Notes: generated from the letters alone by a model not told the origin. DNA of 16,344 nucleotides from Octopus sinensis (GCF_006345805.1 NW_021825198.1:1-16344); one strand, 5' to 3'; positions 1 to 10,125 are shown, counted from the first letter of the stretch. Program-made: numbers and translations.

Positions 1-458
1 GAACATTGATTTGGCTATTCCACATCTTCAGATTTACGAGGTTTAAAGAATAGCATTAAAAAAACATTGATATTTGCTTTACATTAGGATTTCTCAAATG
101 GTTAAAACGTTCCAAATTTGTTGACAAATGGGACTGATCGAATGAATCGATGCAGTTTAGTATTTGAATATATGATTGTAACTTGAAGTGATTAATGCTG
201 TGATGCGAAGAGCGAGAGAAAAGATGGAGTAGAGGGAAAAAGCGGGTAAGGTGAAGAGCGAGAGAAAAACAGGCAGAGAGAAAAGGAGGGAGAGAAAAAG
301 AGGGTAAGAGAAGCGTCTATGACGTGTGGTAGGGGGAACGTAATAGTTATTACGTGGTTTAAAATGTTAGTTGAAGGTAGTGATATAGAGGAGAGTGAGA
401 AACAGAATTGTAGCAGAGGATCGATGTTCTGATGGTGAGATTAAAGAAAGGCAGAGAA

Positions 459-494
<36 letters not shown>
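459..494. repeat. (GATA)n-(GA)n compound microsatellite
   Basis: agatagatagatag followed by a pure GA run. Confidence 0.95.
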
Positions 495-824
495 TTGATA
501 ATGAATGGGTTGGTGGTGTTATTGGTGGTGGTGGAGGTTGCGTTGGTGAGTGTATGTGAAGAGTGTAATGTTTTTAATTGATATATTTTTTTAATACCAC
601 CTATTACTTAAAGCATGCGCATAAGTGCAATCGTCTGCTCGCTTGAAAAATGTTATTTGTTTATAAACCAAAGATGAGAGACGAACAACAGAAAGAATGA
701 AACCAAATGGGCAATGGCACCAAGAGAAGCAGAGGGTCTTATCCAGAAGGACTGAAGGTGTTTTAAAACGACAATTATGTAGAATATACAGAGAAGAGAA
801 GAGACATATACTCTTTTACACTTT

Positions 825-913
<89 letters not shown>

Positions 914-967
914 TTGTGTTTGTGTGTGTGTGTGTTTGTGTGTGTGTTTGTGTGTGTCTGTGTGTGT
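825..967. repeat. (TA)n followed by imperfect (TG)n microsatellite
   Basis: Directly visible. It explains the low-complexity ORFs between 697 and 1046. Confidence 0.95.
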
Positions 968-1090
968 CTCCCCAACATCGCCTGACAACCAATGCTGGTG
1001 TGTGTACGTTCATGTAACTTGGCGGTTCGGCAAAAGAAACCGATAGAATAAGTACTAGGCTTACAAAGAATAAGTCCTGGGGTCGATTTG
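968..1090 (+). mobile_element. Octopus-type SINE fragment, 3'-truncated
   Basis: ttggcggttcggcaaaagaaaccgatagaataagtactaggcttacaaagaataagtcctggggtcgatttg matches a common octopus SINE body as I recall it. Its reverse complement aligns by eye to 12547-12665 in this window. Confidence 0.75.
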
Positions 1091-1094
1091 ATAG

Positions 1095-1720
1095 ATGTTT
1101 CTTTATATCTCTCCCCTTAATGTCACTCTCTTTAAAAAATTGATCAGCGTGTCCAATCTCAGCAAAATCAGAAGAAAAGTGTTAAGGTTATATCATAAAA
1201 CAGAATCCATGTGACCATTTACACGAAAATATCCCATTGACATTTAAATCTCAGTACATTATATGAATAACAAATGTTCAAAATAAGTTCATTATTTTAT
1301 TGTGAATGATTTGAAGATTTCCGCCTATCACTAGTTTAATTTTAAATTCTTCTACATGTCTCCGACATTAAACTTTACCTAAAAGTGAAAGTTCATCAAA
1401 ATCGGTTGAATTCTGTAAAAGCTACTGTATAAAATAATAATCCTATGGGTGATTGCATGCAAAAAGCCTATTGATTTCTTAAAATCTCCCGCCCACGCGC
1501 AGATATCGATTCTTTGTCAACTCTTCATGCTGGCATCAACTAATACACATGAACTATAATCACGTATAAAATTTCTACAAAATCGATAAGAATGTGTCTA
1601 AGAAAATTATTATTTGCATTTATACCTATTTCAAGCCATTTTGAATTAAATAAATACCTTCACCCTCTCCCCACCAAACATTTACCTACACTTCATATTT
1701 CAATAAATTCGGATAATAAT
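1095..1720. mobile_element. Unclassified AT-rich repeat, possibly DINE-1/HINE (Helentron-related)-like
   Basis: Four dispersed variants of an AAATTTCATCAAAATCGG-like motif (1153-1176, 1388-1410, 1568-1592, 1695-1716). No termini were identified. Confidence 0.35.
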
Positions 1721-1723
1721 AAG

Positions 1724-4700
1724 TTGCTGACCCGCCACAGGCCGCCTGCTTCATTGGGTGCTTGGAGCTAAGAGTTTGACTTGAAAAACGGCCTGCAACC
1801 TCTGCACCAGGCAAACAACTAAAAGACAAGGAACCACCAATCCTGCGGTTAGCAAGCTTGAATGTCAGGACCATGTGCCCTGGCATATCTGATGATCTAC
1901 TCAGGGTTGAAGACACAAGAAAGACAGCCATCATTGACCGTGGGATAAAGAGGCTTAACACAGACACTGCTGGGCTGCAAGAGACAAGACTTCCCTCAAA
2001 CGGCAAACTCGAAGAACAGGATTTCACCTTCTTTTGGCAGGGAAGCGATCTAGAAGAACCTCGTCCGCATGGCGTTGGCTTTGCAGTGAGAAACTCATTA
2101 CTCTCCTCAATAGAACCCCCATCAGGAGACACTGAGCGTATCCTCTCACTGCGCCTCTCGACTTCTTCTGGTTCAGTACATCTACTGAGCATCTATGCTT
2201 CCACTCTCTATAGCCCAGAGGAGACCAAGGACCAGTTCTACGAAGATCTCAACTGTGTCATTTAAAATATACCAACAAATGAAAACATCTACCTTCTAGG
2301 AGATTCGTGGCAAATTTGTGTTGGACACCCTGATATTGGCAAAATGAATGACAATGGTCAGAGACTACTTGAAATTTGCACATACCATAACCTGTGCATC
2401 ACCAACACATTCTTTGCCAACAAGACATCACACAAGGCATCTTGGAGAAATCCAAGATCTCACCACAGGCATCAGATGGATCTCATCATTACACGAAGAT
2501 CCTTTCTGAATTCTGTTCACCTGACCCGTATTTACCACACAAATCACTCACTAATTGGAAGCATGGTGAGGATCCTGCCTAAAAAAGTCCATCACTTCAA
2601 GAAAATGGGCCGACCACGCATTAACACTGCCAGAACCCCCGACCCTACACTGCGACAATGTTTTGCTATTTCTATCAAAGTTGCCCTCAGTAGCTGCCCA
2701 ACCTCCTCTGCTGAAAGTAGGTGGAATTATATTAGGGAATCTTTGAATACCATATCAATAGATACTTTCGGCATGAGAGAAAGTCAAAACCCAGATTTTG
2801 TTCAGTGCTGGGCTCTCAGAGCTGGAACCAGTTATCAAAGCAAAGCGTGCAGCTCTGATGCAATACAAGAGTGATTCTTCTACAAAATCACTAGAATAAA
2901 TCTGAAAGGCAAAAAATATAACCCAACTGACAGCCAGACACTGTGCAAAGAGGTATTTGGCAGGTAATCTGTCAGAGTATCCAGTCAGCTGCCGACAATG
3001 GCGACAACCGTGGGGTGTATGCCGGTTTGAAGAAGGACCCTCGGTCCATCCGCAACCAAGTCAGCCCCTCTGAAATCAACTACTGGAGATCTCATCAAAG
3101 ACCAAAGCAAGAAAATGGATTGATGGGTGGAGTACTACCAGGATCTCTACTCACGGGAGACCACGGTAGCTGAGGCTGCAATCGAGAGTGTCAAGATCTT
3201 GCCAGTCATGTGAGAACTTCACAGTCCACCATCTATAGCAGAGCTCACCAAGGCTATTGACTCCCTAGCAAGTAACAAGGCTCCAGGAAAAGACGGCATC
3301 CACTCAGAGATAATCAAAGCCGGCAAAAACACCATCCTGCTTCGGCACCATCATGAGCTTCTGTGTCAGTGCTGGGAAGAGGGTACAGTTCCTCAAGATA
3401 TGCGGGATGCTAACATCATTACGCTTTACAAAAACAAAGGTGACTGTGGTGATTGTAACAATTATCGTGGAATATCTCTTCCACGCACTGTTGGAAAGAC
3501 CTTTGCTCACGTTTTCCTGCCCAGGGTACAACTGCTTGCTTCTCGAATTCATCCGAAATTGCTGTGTGGCTTTAGAAGGAGCAGATCAACTATTGACATG
3601 ATATTCTCCATACGCCAACTTCAGGAGAAGTCCAGAGAGCAGAAAATGCCATTACATATGGCCTTCATTGGTAAGTAGAAAAGGCCTCTTCATCCTGCTC
3701 CAAAAAATCGGATGTCCACCAAAGCTGCTGAGGATCATCAAATCTTTCCATGACGATATGCAAGGCACCATACAGCACAATGGTTCAACAACAGCCGCCT
3801 TCCAAATAAAAAACGGAGTAAAGCAAGGTTGTGTCCTTGTTCCTACATTATTTGGCATCTTCTTCTCGCTGCTGCTCTCACATGCCTTTCAGACATCAGA
3901 TGATGGAGTGTTTCTGCAGAGTAGAAGTGACTGGAGACTGTTCAATCTCTCGTGCCTGCGTGGCAAGACCAAAATCGGAAGCGTCCTGCTCAGGGAAATG
4001 CTATTTGCTGATGATGCCGCTCTGGTATCACACACAGAAGAAGCCCTACAAAGGCTCATCAGCTGTTGTGAGCAGGCATGTAACGATTTTGGCTTAGCTA
4101 TCAGCCTCAAGAAGACCAACATCATGGGTCGGGCTATACCGGACATCCCAAACATACATATTGGAGACCACAGATTACAGGAGGTGGAGAGGTTTACCTA
4201 TCTTGGCTCTACCGTCACCTACAACCTACCCCTTGATGTTGAGCTCAATATACGCATTGGCAAGACAGCTGCTGTGATGACCCAACTCTCGAAACGAGCA
4301 TGGGACAACATTAAGCTGACCAAGAACACAAAAATGAAGATTTACCAGGCATGTGTACTTAGCACTCAACTGTATGGAAGTGAGACTTGGACGCCATTCA
4401 CACGCCAAGAGCGTCGCCTAAATATCTTTCACCTGCGCTGCCTCTGGAAAAGCCTTCGCATCAAATAGCAGAATCATGTCCCCAACAAAGATGTCCTCAA
4501 GCAAGCTGGAATACTAAGCATGTTTGCACTCCTCACACAAAGACTTATGAGATGGCTTGGACATGTTAGCCGTATGGGAGATGGCAGAATCCCCAAGGAC
4601 ATATTCTACAGAGAGCTTACTAGGTGCACAAGGTCTGCAGGTAGACCGTTCTTACGATACAAGGATGTTTGCCAAAGGGACATGAAGGCCTGAAACATTA

Positions 4701-5021
4701 ATATTAGCATCTTGGAATCAGTTGCCAGCAACCGTGGAGATTGGTGACGTACCGTAAAAGAGGGAATACAAAGTAGTAACGGAGAGTGAGAGAGGAGAAA
4801 TGGAAAGACAAGAAAAGATGTCAACAAGAAACTATGACATTACAACCAGCCAGGAAAAGTCTTCGCTACATTTGCAGCACCTGCCAGAGGAAGTGTTTGT
4901 CCAGGATAGGACTACACAGCCATAGCAGGAAATGTATTAGGACATGAAATGTAAAAAGCCGGACTAGATTATTTTATGCGCAACTCCATTGTCTCCCGAG
5001 ACAAAAAAGATGCCAACAACA
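1724..5021 (+). mobile_element. RTE (BovB-type) non-LTR retrotransposon, near full length, inactive
   Basis: APE endonuclease (LRLASLNVRTM, GLQETRL, TFFWQG), RT (GVKQGCVLVPTLF, LFADD at 4001-4015, FTYLGS) and a C-terminal CSTCQRKCLSRIGLHSHSRKC finger (4873-4935). The 3' UTR ends gtctcccgagacaaaaaagatgccaacaac. Candidate 8-bp TSD AATAAGTT at 1718-1725 and 5047-5054. Confidence 0.95.
1801..4947 (+). pseudogene. Disrupted RTE EN-RT ORF
   Basis: ORF-track pieces 1858-2265, 2344-2874, 2943-3173, 3400-3678 and 3668-4468 join across stops (e.g. TAA 2263-2265) and frameshifts into one RTE polyprotein ending at TGA 4945-4947. Confidence 0.92.
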
Positions 5022-5115
5022 ATTACAATTATCAATTTAATAAATAAATAAGTTATCATTTTTAATGTCCTAAAGTTGATGAACCAACTATTGTTCTCCT
5101 CCATTTTCTTATTTG

Positions 5116-5116
<1 letters not shown>

Positions 5117-5198
<82 letters not shown>

Positions 5199-5229
5199 AT
5201 ATATATATATATATAATATAATATATATA
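5117..5229. repeat. (TA)n microsatellite
   Basis: Directly visible, imperfect. Confidence 0.95.
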
Positions 5230-5267
5230 ATTATGTTATATCTTGAGTGACAACAACGCTCAAGATA

Positions 5268-6710
5268 TACACGGACTGGAAATAGAAAGCTCTAAAAGCT
5301 GTATACACTTTTTTATATCCGAGGCGAGGCAAAAATTTAGTAACGTATAAATATATCGTATACAAATATAAATTTTGCATATAACACCATGAATCTACGG
5401 AGTGGCAACGGCTTGAAATAGGTATTGCAGCCGGATGCACGATATCAGTCGTGATAGTCATGGAAATGCTACTCAGATCTACAAACTGTGAGAAAGCTGT
5501 TACTAAGACACCATTAAGGGCTTTTATGGACGACATAACTATATTATCGTAAATATAGAGAAGAAGCAGAGGGAACGGTAGAGCGGTTGGACGAACTGAT
5601 TGGATGGGCAAGGATGAAATTCAAAGCCAAAAACTCTCGAAGCGTGACTTTCGTGAAAGGAAGGCAAGAAGTGAAATTCAGGATAGGAAGTGAAGGCATA
5701 CCAACGGTTAAAGAACAACCAGTAAAGAGTCTCGGCAGATGATCTATAAAGATTTATTAAATGATTAGAAGCAAGGGAAAGAAACGCACGAGTTAGTAGA
5801 ACAAGGATTAAAGGCAATTGACAGAACAACGCTGCCGGGAAAATTCAAATGTTGGATACTGCAATTTGGTCTGTCCCCAAGAATAATGTGGCCATTGCAA
5901 ACGTACGAAATAGCCTCGAGTAGAATAGAAAGGATGGAGCAAAGATGCAGTGTGTTTATCAGAAAATGGCTTGGTCTGCCGAAACCACTGAATACAACTG
6001 CACTATATGGAAAAGCCGTGCTGCAATTACCAATAACATCAATCGCCGAAGAATATAAGGCAGGAAAGGCAAGGACAGTAATGATGCTAAGGTATTCAAA
6101 AGATCAGAGCATCCGGAAAACCTTCAAAGGTACGAACAGGGAGGAAATGGAAGGCGGAAGAGGCAGTAAACAGGGTTATCGGAAACCTAAAGCACGCAGA
6201 TATAGTCGGAGTGACGCAAGAAGCTACAACCAGCCTAGGGTCGCAAAATTTCAGGCCATTTTGCAAGAGCAGTGTAAAAGAGATGAAAGAGGCAGTGGTA
6301 TACGAAGTGAGAAAGGAGGAAGAAGAAAGGCGAAATGTACATTTTGTGCGATGCAGTTAAAATGGACAATGCCTGAGATGGGAGGAATATGTGATCAACC
6401 GCAGAATATCATGGAAGGAACTTTGGGCTTGGGAACAAGCAAGAACATCTTTCCTGATCAAGTCTACCTTCGACGTTCTACCTTTACCGGCGAATTTAGC
6501 CCGGTGGAACATAAACAAAATTGATGAGTGTAGATGCGGAGAGAAAGCGACGGTTAGACATGTTCTGTCAAGTTGCAGACTAGCACTTGAAAGAGATACT
6601 TGGCAGCATAATCAAGTCCTCAGCGTCATAAGCGCAGCACTCAAGGAGAAGATCGAGAGGTACAATAGGGGAGAGTACCCAAAAGTAGAAAAGCGCAGGA
6701 AAGAATAAAC
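5268..6710 (+). mobile_element. HERO-type (RLE clade) non-LTR retrotransposon fragment, truncated at both ends and frameshifted
   Basis: STEWQRLEIGIAAGCTIS, RAFMDD (FMDD at 5523-5534), FIRKWLGLP and SFLIKSTFDVLP. The CCHC knuckle CRCGEKATVRHVLSSC (6529-6576) is followed by TWQHNQVL. Homology stops before the PD..D.K restriction-like endonuclease. Confidence 0.85.
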
Positions 6711-6878
6711 ACGCCGACGGGAATTAACATCATTAGGTGAGACTGGCTGACTGAATCAGCTTCGCTGACTGACAGGTGATGGTCGTTAAGAATAAGCGCG
6801 GGCTAAAACTACGCGCCTTCTCTAGTCAGTTAAGGTGAGACAGTGTCATGTGACAAGTAGCTGGGGCTATGTGGCAGG

Positions 6879-6913
6879 TATTTAAAGGGAGAAATTTGAC
6901 AAGACAGTCAGTC
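6879..6913 (+). promoter_or_regulatory. TATA box plus initiator core promoter
   Basis: TATTTAAA at 6879-6886 and TCAGTC at 6908-6913, with the A at 6910 lying 31 nt after the TATA start. Confidence 0.5.
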
Positions 6914-7024
6914 ACCGGCTGACACTCGCTGACGATACATCGAAGAGGCCAGGGAAAAGAAGAACGAAGACATGTACCCAACACCAGAGCTGAAGACACC
7001 TCCGAAAGGGGGTTCCCGCCACGT

Positions 7025-7138
7025 CAAAACGGTAGAGGAGTAGGGGCCGAAACCGGACGTGGTTCCTCCTGATGATGTCTTGAGTTAACTGGATCCTATA
7101 AAGGAGCTGTTGGGGTAGCAGACCACGAAACACGGTTG
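7025..7138 (+). ncRNA. Candidate type III hammerhead ribozyme
   Basis: GUA 7032-7034, stem I gaggag/ttcctc (7035-7040 with 7063-7068), CUGAUGA 7069-7075 and GAAAC 7127-7131. Stems II and III are imperfect. Confidence 0.45.
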
Positions 7139-7309
7139 TAATTCCTAAGTATAAATTTGTTACAATAAGAGAAATAAATAGAATAATAATAAATAAAAAT
7201 AAACCATACAATGGCAAATTAAAAGACGAATTAAAATTCTAGCGAAATGTACATAGAAGATAATAATTATACAATTTAAAAAAATACAAGTTTACAAAGA
7301 TACAGAGAA

Positions 7310-7397
7310 GTCCCTCTACCGGCCGTTTCGGAGACGCGCCAATTAATATTAGTCAAATCATATACTTAAAATTGGCACACCCCTCATCAGGATGTCC
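7310..7397 (-). ncRNA. Type I hammerhead ribozyme motif of the PLE 3' pseudo-LTR
   Basis: CUGAUGA (7390-7384), a ~14-bp stem II GGGGUGUGCCAAUU/AAUUGGCGCGUCUCC, GAAAC (7329-7325), palindrome CGGCCG, then GUA (7319-7317). Stem I is weak. Confidence 0.65.
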
Positions 7398-7549
7398 TAT
7401 ACATACAACACATAGTAAACGTGAACAAATACACAATTACATACCGGCCATATTCAGAAACGAGACATTAACGTACTCCCAGAAATTTTTCTCCGATCCT
7501 GAATGCTATTTTATATGCATATAATACTATCCAGCAGCTATAGTTCCTA

Positions 7550-9588
7550 CTATTTTCCGGTATATGTATTGTTATATGTATATGTATTGTTATTCTTACT
7601 ATTACCATCATTCTTATTTTTATTTTTATTTTTACTAATATTTGTATTACCATTATCACTACAATTAACACTATTATTACCACCCTGATAATCATTATAA
7701 TCACTAATATCATCACCAACATCATTATTATGATTATCTCTACTATTTGTCATTCCAATACGCCCTTCATAATCGATTTCAGAAGACGTACTATTAATAT
7801 TACTACTATCTTCTATGTCCTTAATGAATTTTCCATTAAAGCTTCTGTCATCATTTCTATCATTATAGCGCCTTATTTTACTTCTGTTCAACGAAGCAAC
7901 AATAGATCCGACATTGGGAGTGTCTGAGTAGGCCACCTTGATTGTTGACTTGTTACATATTGAATAGTACTTATGGTGTTTTGGGATATTTTCCTTCAAT
8001 AACTTTAAAAATAGCTTTGGTAAACCTTTCACCCTTAATGAAAAGGGAGAGGCAAACCAAGTAACTTGACGAATCCTAGACTTAGTATTAATAATGGGAT
8101 TACAATATGTTGCTTGACTTGAGTTAAGGCCATTCTGTATCTATTAGTAATATTTATATTTTTATTTTTTCTACTATTAGTATTATTCTTATTCCTATTT
8201 TCACCTTCACTAGACGTATGCCCAACTTTAAACCTCAATTCACATTTATGACTCCTATTATTTGCAACCCCTTCCCTCCCGTTGCTGTTATCATCCATGG
8301 TATTTTCATCATTACAATTCTCATTATTAACCTTATTAACGTGGTTACCATTTACAAAACCAAACACATCACATTTATTTCTCTTATTTCCAAATCTCAT
8401 TTTATCAGCATAAATATTGGTCATTATCAGCTTGTTGCGAGTTCCTTGGGGATCATGAGGGGAGCCTCTGCTATCCGAAATCCGTTTCATACCGTCGCTG
8501 ACCATGCTGGCCATTTTAATTTTTAATTTTGTATTGTGTATGTATTCAATATTATTTGTGAACCCACTCAATTTTAAGGCATTGTTGTATATTGGGGCGT
8601 GTTGATTAAAGATGTTTTTCTTCGCCGATATGTTTGAGATTCTGATAGAAATTGCAGTTATAATGCTATTGATGATTGATTTGGGATGATTTGAGGAAAC
8701 ATTGATATATCGGAAAGTTTGGTTTGGTTTTCGGAAAGGGTAGTGTAAGCTAGTATTCAGATAGAGAGTAATATCGAAGAAATTTGCCACTTTAGGATTA
8801 TTCTCAAAAACGATGCTCAAATTATAAACGTCCTTGAGAGATTCTCTAAAGTCCTACTTCATTCTTTCAATCTGAGGATTTGAATGATTAGAGAAGATGG
8901 ATAATGCGTCATCCCAATAAATCCCTTCGGATAGAGATTGGAAAAACCGCTTAAACTTGTCTAACCAAAATAGACCAACAATATCCGTTACTTGAGCCGA
9001 GTCCGATGATCCCATAGTGATGTCGAATAAAATAAAAGAATGCGATTTAGACCAGTGGTGCTTTCCATAATTTATCAGAGTCATTCTTGCTGCTTGAATA
9101 ATATCAATATCTAGATTCGATATTTCAACAAAGTTCCCGGCTAAAATTATTGCTTTATTCAGTAAGATAGGAGAGATCAAGGAGTTGTAATTCGAAATAT
9201 CAAATTGTACAAATGAAGATGAGTCAGCACATTTAATTGTGTGAAACCTATACAAAACATCATTGGTAGATTCCCATAAGGGCAACATCGTCCTTTCACT
9301 TATCACTGTAATAATTCTATCCAATATGGATTTGCTGATTCTACCCAAGTCAGATTTAGTTGTGCAAATTAATCGTATTGACAGCTTGGCAAGAAAATCT
9401 TTTTCATGGTGGTTTAGGGTGCAGTGCGGGGTCTTAGGATCGTAAGGTTGCGTGCAGTCAAGGATTCCCAATTCAGAAATTAAGTCGTAGTGTCTATTAT
9501 TAATGTCGGTAAGAGCCGATTTCTTGGCGATATTGTATTTAGCTTGCAGCTCTTTGGATATCAATTTATCATAAGTTTCATAAGGCAC
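7550..9588 (-). pseudogene. Disrupted PLE reverse transcriptase ORF
   Basis: 9588-8854 and 8820-8035 are the same frame, separated only by TAG at 8854-8856. One frameshift near 8080-8145 leads into the frame of 8032-7550. Weak homology continues upstream to about 9770. Confidence 0.88.
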
Positions 9589-10009
9589 TGAATAAAAATG
9601 TCCCTTTTTTATCAGAAAGATGATAGGTCAATACCTTGAAACTCGGGGCCGTGTGTATCTTAAGTTGAAGACGGGAAGGATGGCTTCCCTTTGCAAATAC
9701 TGATAGGTCACAGAAAGTGTGTCTATAGCCAGCTGGAGGAGATGTCTTCCTGGGGCTAAAAACTACAGTAGCATCCACCCTTAGGGGTTAGCCATATTCA
9801 AATGGCATATTTACGTCACGATATTTATATTATTTATATCTTTAAAAAAATGTTTAAATATTTCTGATTATTTTAAAATATTTCAATTAACATGAAGATT
9901 GACTGTAACCATAACTCGAATTATTAATTGAACTTAAATTATTGTTATTCGAATTGGTACAGCCATGAAACGATCGTAGTGTTTTACTCTATCTTTTAAT
10001 ACTTTTGAT

Positions 10010-10125
10010 ATTTATAAAATTAAAAAAAATAAAAATAAAATAAAATAAAAAAACAACAAAAAAAATTAAATAAATAAATAAACAAAAAATAAATAAATAA
10101 TATAAATAAAGATATATTTACATAT
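10010..10125. repeat. A-rich (AAAT/AAAAT)n low-complexity tract
   Basis: Directly visible. Confidence 0.8.

Larger units (their letters stand above)
6711..7164 (+). mobile_element. LTR-like (solo LTR or pseudo-LTR) segment
   Basis: A GC-balanced non-coding island that ends the HERO homology. It has TATA plus Inr at canonical spacing and ends TGTTACA (7158-7164). No 5' TG, PBS or TSD was seen. Confidence 0.5.
7165..9830 (-). mobile_element. Penelope-like element (RT most like the Hydra-type group), no endonuclease detected
   Basis: RLICTTKSDLGRISKSILDRI, FVQFDISNY, LFDITMGSSDSAQVTDIVGL, GIYWDD (YWDD at 8908-8919), ANFFDITL, SSNHPKSI, RQVTWFASPFS and IKVAYSDTPNV. A hammerhead core lies at the 3' end. 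Boundaries are approximate. Confidence 0.9.

Noticed and set aside
1-31. CUGAAGA core on the minus strand (25-31)
   Set aside because: The rest of a hammerhead would fall outside the window, so it cannot be evaluated.
207-269. 17-bp direct repeat gaagagcgagagaaaaa at a 46-bp period
   Set aside because: Only two copies inside purine-rich low-complexity sequence. It is not a CRISPR array or a defined element.
697-1046. Four overlapping ORFs (VC/HT-rich)
   Set aside because: They are translations of the (TA)n/(TG)n microsatellite.
1889-4016. CTGATGA/CTGAGGA words inside the RTE
   Set aside because: They encode SDD, LRI and ADD, and have no stem II or GAAA partner.
1686-4827. Antisense and alternative-frame ORFs over the RTE
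   Set aside because: Shadow frames of a decayed coding element with no recognisable motifs.
6912-8526. ORFs 6912-7217, 7468-7725, 7503-7688, 7730-7927 and 8218-8526
   Set aside because: Hydrophobic or Ile-rich shadow frames of AT-rich PLE and LTR-like sequence.
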